DNA of 53,011 nucleotides, counting the filler, from Squatina squatina (taxonomy: Eukaryota): the NCBI GenBank assembly GCA_031763465.1. It is 3 parts of 3 records of this genome, joined end to end, with 100 filler letters (N's around TTAATTAATTAA, not from the genome) between each part and the next. Parts side by side here need not be neighbours in the genome. Positions count along the whole stretch, not along the records: positions 36,296 to 53,011 come from JARFOE010000149.1; 2 more parts are not named here. The stretch is one strand, 5' to 3'. Shown here in pieces: positions 46,845 through 53,011 of the stretch (the first letter of the stretch is position 1; every line of letters begins with the position of its first letter). Position numbers and translations under genes: made by a program. The notes below the pieces were generated by a model. The model was given only the letters and a program-made list of their open reading frames with translations, did not search any database and was not told where the DNA came from.

Positions 46845-47485
46845 ATAATTAGCTACAATTTGCCTCAGCATCCTTGAAGTAGATAGGGTAAAAAATAAAC
46901 GGCCAGGGCTCTTGGCCTCCCACATTGTCTCCATTGATTAAGTGCGGCGTCAATGTTCTCCACGCTTAACTAGCCTCCGGACACTCAAGCCCGAATTTTC
47001 CAATTGGGTCTGTATGATTTATAGTCAGATATCAGGCAAACCCGATTGCAACGTTGTATAGAGGGCAGTTACACAATCTACAACCACATTTTTACCCACC
47101 CTATCATCTACTGTCAGTTCCTGTGCCTGCCCACCTTTGATCACTTACATGCTGATAAAGCAAAACTGGCATCATGACATCATGAGCCTCATTTTGTAAT
47201 TTCCACTTCATTTATACTGTTTTGTTGTCTTGTCTGGATAAGGCTGGCATTAGAGTTGCTAGGCACTGAGGAGAGGGCAGAAAAGGATTTAAAGAGCGGA
47301 GCATCGACGTTAACAACATCAGTATAATGTTTATCTTGACTCACTTTTAATTGGGTTTTATTTGTTTTATTATTGCTAACTCCTTNNNNNNNNNNNNNNN
47401 NNNNNNNNNNNNNNNNNNNNNNNNNNNNNNNNNNNNNNNNNNNNNNNNNNNNNNNNNNNNNNNNNNNNNNNNNNNNNNNNNNNNN

Positions 47486-48420
47486 GCCACCTCCTGCCGG
47501 TGGGACAGGACATACCCAGGGATGGTGATGGGGGATTCTGGGACATTGGCTGAAAGGTATGATTCTATGTCAGGCTGATGCTTGACTAGTCTGTGTGACA
47601 GCTCTCCCAATTTTGGCACAAGGCCCCAGATGTTAAGAGGTGGACATTGCAGTGTTGACTGGGCTAGACATGTCCGGGCGGTCCGTTCAGTTTTATTCTT
47701 CTTATTGTTTTTCGTAGTGGTTTGTTACGACTGAGTGACATGCTAGGCCATTTCAGGGCAGATAAAGGTCAACCACCTTGCTATCGGCCTGGAGACACAT
47801 ATAGACCAGACCAAGTAAGGATGGCAGTTTTCCTTCCCTAAAGGATACTAATGACCCTATGGGTTTTTACGACAATCCAATAGTTTCATGGTCACTGTTA
47901 CAGATACTAGCTGTTTATTCCAGATTTATTTTAAAAAACTGAATTTAAATTCCCAAGAGACCATGGCAGAATTTAAGTTCACCTCTCTGGATCATTAGGC
48001 CAGTGTCAGCTGCAGCTCAGTGGGTAGCACACTTGCCTTTGAATCAGAAGGTTGTGGGTTCAAGTTCACTCCAGGAACATGAGCACATAAATCTAGGTTG
48101 ACACTCCAGTGCAGTGGAGGTGCTGTCTTTCAGAGGAAATGCCTGTCTGCTCTCTGGAGAAGAGCCTGGGAGTTATCCCAGGTGTCCTGGCCAATATTTA
48201 TCCCTCATTCAACATAACAAAAGCAGATTATCTGGTCACTATCAAATTACTGTTTGTGGGAGCTCGCTGTGCATAAATTGGATGCTGCGTTTCACACATT
48301 ACAACAGTGACGATACTTCAAAAGTACTTAATTGGCTGTAAAGCACTGAGAAGTCCAGTGGTAGTGAAAGACGCTATAGAAATGCAAGTCTTTCTTTCAG
48401 TAACATAACCACTATGCTAC
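47486..48420 (-). mobile_element. 5' end of a LINE: tRNA-like head, about 390-bp leader, APE endonuclease N-terminus; interrupted by a SINE
   Basis: NIWGLVPKLGELSHRLVKHQPDI..ESYLSANVPESPITIPGYVLSHRQ shows APE motifs I-III. With the SINE removed the head reads GTAGCATAGTGGTTATGTTACTGGCCTAATGATCCAGAGAGGTGAACTTAAATTC. Confidence 0.75.
48003..48398 (+). mobile_element. Deu-SINE (SacSINE1-like), near full length
   Basis: A-box-like CAGCTCAGTGG, B-box-like GGTTCAAGT, central TGTCCTGGCCAATATTTATCCCTCA...TGTTTGTGGGAGCTCGCTGTGCATAAATTGG, tail GCTATAGAAATGCAAGTCTTTCTTTC. Flanked by CAGT on both sides. Confidence 0.9.
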
Positions 48421-49633
48421 TTCTCCCTATGATACCTACTTATGTCTTCACCTCCTGGATAGTAATGTGAAATTGATGAAATGAAAATCAAGCAGGTTCT
48501 GTAATGAGTGTATGATCTACCCTGTCAGATTACTGGACGTGCAATAAAGGCAAAACATCTACACCTGTGTGCCCAAAGTGTTATCTGGTTTCTGAATATC
48601 AAAGTGCAGAGGGCCGTTCTACACTGTGGAAAACTGCACTGTGCAGGGAAGCACTTTAATATAATCGTGCTTACCTTGATCCGAAACACCTTTCAGAAGA
48701 TTCTCAAAGATATCCAAATGTTTCCAGAAGTACTGAACCACATATTAATCAGTGAAAAGAGTAGATACATAATCAGTTGAACTGTGAATCCCACATGACT
48801 TTTATTACATCTTACAGAAGCCAATAAAATGCCATGGTCTTCCAACTTCTGGAGGGAGTGTTTAATGAAGGTTAGAAATGGGCTGTTTAGGATAGAGTTT
48901 CAGTTTTATCAGACAATGTACAAGGATGGCTAGAGAGATAAGCATCTTTCTAAGCAACAGAGCAAGAACCAATTCTTATTATAACCACCTCAACTGTGCC
49001 ACAGCAACTCAGTCTTTCAATAAAAGAGACTTCAATTTGCGAAACAACCATGCCCAGAGATAATCGGCAATGAAACCTTTCAAGCAGAATGGAATGTATA
49101 CGCTTCTTGCATTTTTTTTCACAAGGTTGAATATCAACAATCCACTTCACAGTAAAAACTATTTCTTTCAGGGCAGATTTGAAATGGAACAGCGGGGCCA
49201 CTTACGCACGTGTTGTGCCCCAGAGGCACTACTCCACCCGAGGATCCTCCCAGCATTGATCCCAGTATAAATCATAGGAACATGAGTCCCTCGAGTCTGT
49301 TCCGCTCAAATTCATTTACCCGCCTTTGATCCATATCCATGGGTGCCTGTACCTAACAAAAACCTAGCGATCTCAGTCTTGATCGCAGGGTCAGCTCATT
49401 TAACTATGCACTAGCGCTGACTGAGTACTACTCCTGTGTAACGTGGGAATACTGCAGTGGGGAGAACGGGAATCACAGGTGCAGCCTTTTAGGGGTCTAG
49501 AGGTTTCAGCAGCAGGCTGTGGGGCACCAGCAGATAAGGGGCGAACATTTTGCCAGACTGAAGTAACATGTGAGCCTTTGTAGCACTGGGGGATCTCACA
49601 AGAGGCTTCCAAAGAAAGGAGCAGGGCTTTGGA

Positions 49634-49830
49634 AGGAGGCAGAAGAACTGTTCAGGAGGTTGACTTACAAACGCTTCTGAAGGAAATGCAGTAAAGGCGA
49701 GAAAGAGCGTTCGGTGCCAGTGAGAGATAGCCACTAAAAAAGATGTCTTAGGTGCCATATGGAGAGAGATAGCAGTGGCGCGGAGTACTACACCTCTCAC
49801 CCCCAAAATATGGTTCAAGGACTGAATGAC
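49634..49830 (+). pseudogene. Decayed Myb/SANT-like (trihelix) ORF, probably the Harbinger DNA-binding gene
   Basis: Across two frameshifts and stops it reads RRQKNCS/EVDLQTLLKEMQ*RRERAFG.../KKDVLGAIWREIAVARSTTPLTPKIWFKD, matching the R..NFS..E...LL..V..R...LFG...W.EIA pattern. Confidence 0.55.
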
Positions 49831-50975
49831 AGGGGATGGCAATGCATTGGCAAATGCTGCCTTTCTTTCTTGAGCACCATGGGCACCAACACATTGTCCA
49901 CCCTCTAAAATAATTAGCTGCATATGTCGCCCTTCACACTGCACTGTGGTTAATGAATCTTACAATATGCATGCCTTGATCTCCCCTATCAGCAATAACT
50001 TGCACGCAGAACTTAAAAAATCCTTCCTCCACTTTAACAGGATGATAACAGTAAATCTATTCTGTCAGATGCCACTTGGCAGACAGCCCTCAATTGCTGG
50101 CCTTCACTTAATTCCCTCAATCTTCTTCCAAGAGAAACGTGTGCACAATGCACAGAGGAGTACAGAAAGTACAGGGATGAAGTCAAAAAGGACATAAGGA
50201 AAGCAAAGAGAGGACATGAAAAAATATTACTTTAGGAACAAGAGAATAGCTGANNNNNNNNNNNNNNNNNNNNNNNNNNNNNNNNNNNNNNNNNNNNNNN
50301 NNNNNNNNNNNNNNNNNNNNNNNNNNNNNNNNNNNNNNNNNNNNNNNNNNNNNAAGGAGGTTTGGGACACTACAATGATAGTGGCAGAAGAATTAGCTGC
50401 AGAAGAATTAGCTGAACAGATGGCTTGGATTTGACAGTATAAATTAACGAGAAGCAATGGGCTGACTTAGTCCAGCTGCGCACTTCTGCTATTCCACACC
50501 AGATGGAGCTCTGCAAAAGAAGCAAAGCCAAACTAGAAGCAGATGAAAGATTCCTTCCTTCTAGACTGGAGAGATCTTCACAGCTCTGCCAAAGGGATTG
50601 GTTGGCAGTTTGTTGATAATCACAGAAGAGCAAAAAGCGTTTTATTCATCCCAGTAAAGTGCAATCCTTGTAATTTACCATCCTGCTGAACGAAAGGATT
50701 CCTCATCTCCAAGCAATCCACCAACCTCATGCAAACTTTTAGATCAACTTCTACTACCCCACTTATAAAGTTAATCTCAGCCTGTGCAGGTCATTTGTTA
50801 CATATGCACATCCCTGTACAAGAAGTAAACCACAATCTTGGGCGACAACAGAGCAACTGATACAGCTGTAAGAAANNNNNNNNNNNNNNNNNNNNNNNNN
50901 NNNNNNNNNNNNNNNNNNNNNNNNNNNNNNNNNNNNNNNNNNNNNNNNNNNNNNNNNNNNNNNNNNNNNNNNNNN

Positions 50976-51222
50976 ATTTCTTCACCCAGAGAGTGGTGAA
51001 CCTGTGGAATTCTCTACCACAGAAGGCAGTTGAGGCCAAATCATTAAATATACTCAAGAAGGAGTTAGATATAGTTCTTATGGCTAAAGAGATCAAGGGA
51101 TATGGGGAGAAAGCAGGATCAGGGTACTGAATTTGGATGATCAGCCATGATCATATTGAATGGTAGAGCAGGCTTGAAGGGCTGAATGGCCTACCCCTGC
51201 TCCTATTTTCTATGTTTCTATC
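50976..51222 (+). mobile_element. CR1/HER1 3' end with (TTTCTATG)n tail
   Basis: FFTQRVVNLWNSLPQKAVEA, then a HER1-type 3' UTR. Similar short pieces lie at about 23690-23742, 33148-33222, 38255-38363 and 43065-43196. Confidence 0.9.
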
Positions 51223-51649
51223 TAGTTTGCATCAATACTATCTGCTTCCACTGGAGCCTGTTGCATAGATTTACCACTCGCTCACTGAAATAATGGCCTC
51301 GATATTGACCCCCATGATGGCGAGGGGAAAGGGTTAAAGGGTTAAATATGGCGAACATGATCCCAGCCCGCCACACAGCCGCTCGCCGCCTTTATCCTGG
51401 CGCCGGATATCAGGGTGTCAGTGTGTCCCTCCGTGTAGAGGCAGGGCGTGTCATTAACATATTTAAATCGGTCTCCCCGTGGTGCAGTTGGGAGCCTGAG
51501 ATTTCTCTTTCTATAGAAGAGAGCAAAGCTTTTTTAGGTTGAAGAGGGAAGAGAATTAATGAGTAATAGATAACGGAGACAGGCAAAGGTGCAAGGACTC
51601 CTTGACAACCTCTGTGGCTGTAATGCTTTCCTGTATACTTTCGGTATAC

Positions 51650-51917
51650 TTTTAAGGTGATTGGCAGAAGAACCAATGACTTTTTTATGCAGCGAGTGGT
51701 TGTGATCTGGAATGTGCTGCCTGAGGGGGTGGTGGAGGCAGATTCAATCACGGCTTTCAAAAGGGAATTGGATAAGTACCTGAAGGCAAAAAATTTGCAG
51801 GGCTCCGGGGAAAGGGTGGGGCAGCGGGAGTGATAGCTGAAGTACTCTTGCAGAGAGCCGGCATGGGCTCGATGGGCCGAATGGACTCCTCCGTGCTGTA
51901 ACCATTCTATGATTCTA
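51650..51917 (+). mobile_element. CR1/HER1 3' end with (ATTCTATG)n tail
   Basis: FFMQRVVVIWNVLPEGVVEADSI...; ends ACCATTCTATGATTCTA. Confidence 0.9.
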
Positions 51918-52569
51918 AGTGGGGATTGGATTCGGAAGCATCACTGATGTGGATATAGAGACAGAGATAGAACACTAGAGACACATGGTCTGGTATGTTT
52001 TCGGCAGACAAGAAATATACAGAACTAAAAACACAATGCGTGGAGATCGAGGTCATCGCATGATCGCTCTTTAATTTAGTCATTTTGACAGAGGCGCCAA
52101 TGCATTGATTTCAACGGGGTTAATGAGGTGAAATTCAAATTTGGCCGGTGGGTGGCTGGGGGCGGTGGGGGTCGGAGGTGTTTGCAAAACATGTGGTAGC
52201 AGATTGGGTGTCTGACGGATGTCGGGGTAAAGGAATATTGGGCTGGATGTATAACGTGCATTTGATTCACCGCCAACTCCACCGAAAGTTGATTATTTTT
52301 TATTTGTTTTGGGCGTCGCTGGCAAGGTCCAGCATTTATTGCCCATCCCTAGTTGCCATTGAGAAGGTGGNNNNNNNNNNNNNNNNNNNNNNNNNNNNNN
52401 NNNNNNNNNNNNNNNNNNNNNNNNNNNNNNNNNNNNNNNNNNNNNNNNNNNNNNNNNNNNNNNNNNNNNNTCCTCTTTGAGAAAATGAAACCACCATTTT
52501 AGTGTCCACTCTCTCTGTGGGCAAAAATGAGAATTCTGGCCCAAATTCTACACTGGAGTAAACGTTGGT

Positions 52570-53011
52570 CCCTTAGAGGAAGAGACTGGGGAAATTATAA
52601 TGGAAATCAAGGAAATGGCAGAGACATTGAACAAATGTTTTATATCTGTCTTCACAGCAGAAGACACTAAAAACATCCCAATAACAGTAGAAAATCAAGG
52701 GGCAAAAGGGAGGGAGGAAAACAAAACTATCACTAGATAAATGTACGAGGCGAACTAATGGGTCTAAAGGCTGACAAGTCCCCGGACCTGATGGCTTACA
52801 TTCTAAGGTCTTAAAAGAAGTTACAGAGATAGTGAATGCATTGGCTATAATCTTCGAAAATTCCCTAGATGTTGGAAAAGTCCCAACGGATTGGAAAACC
52901 ACAAATACAACGTCCTTATTCAAAAAAAGGGAGGAGACAGAAAGCAGGAAACTAAAGGCCAGTTAGCCCAACATCTGTCATTGGGGAAAATGCTAGAATC
53001 CATTATTGAGA
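52570..53011 (+). mobile_element. CR1 LINE ORF2 fragment (start of RT), running off the window end
   Basis: EMAETLNKCFISVFTAED...GLKADKSP/GPDGLHSKVLK...DWKTTNTTSLFKK...PVSPTSVIG, frameshifted. Confidence 0.88.

Noticed and set aside
48003-48080. tRNA gene (also 46770-46844 and 48399-48420)
   Set aside because: These are tRNA-derived heads of retroelements and I could not fold a full cloverleaf.
48675-48732. Possible minus-strand 58-bp exon (YFWKHLDIFENLLKGVSDQ, strong AAG|GTAAGC donor)
   Set aside because: Weak acceptor and no match to recalled SLC4 sequences; it cannot be supported without RNA data.
1-53011. MIPEP, ADAMTS19 and SLC4A7 as a novel gene cluster
   Set aside because: They are separated by synthetic linkers, so the adjacency is artificial.

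Overview
This is eukaryotic, not prokaryotic, DNA. It is a very fragmented draft genome of a cartilaginous fish, most likely a shark, judged from SacSINE1-type Deu-SINEs and HER1/CR1 LINE tails; the species cannot be named from sequence alone. The window is an artificial join of three scaffolds, separated by N44-TTAATTAATTAA-N44 linkers at 15083-15094 and 36240-36251, with about 35 internal N gaps that are mostly exactly 100 N. Scaffold 1 (1-15038) has five spliced exons of MIPEP (+) and a possible last exon of a convergent gene. Scaffold 2 (15139-36195) has five exons of ADAMTS19 (-). Scaffold 3 (36296-53011) has one exon of a Na+-coupled bicarbonate transporter, best match SLC4A7 (-). The rest is intron filled with fragments of CR1/HER1, L2, RTE and Penelope-like retroelements, Deu-SINEs, and Harbinger transposons and MITEs. 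I found no convincing wholly new biological system. The best leads are: minimal hammerhead-ribozyme motifs in three Penelope terminal repeats; a LINE whose endonuclease ORF follows a tRNA-like head with no room for ORF1; an ADAMTS19 exon missing about 7 conserved residues next to an L2 fragment; a substitution cluster on interleaved inverted repeats in a MIPEP exon; and a CR1 insertion consisting only of its tail. Gene identities rest on my recall of vertebrate protein sequences; no database search was run. Repeat boundaries are approximate.
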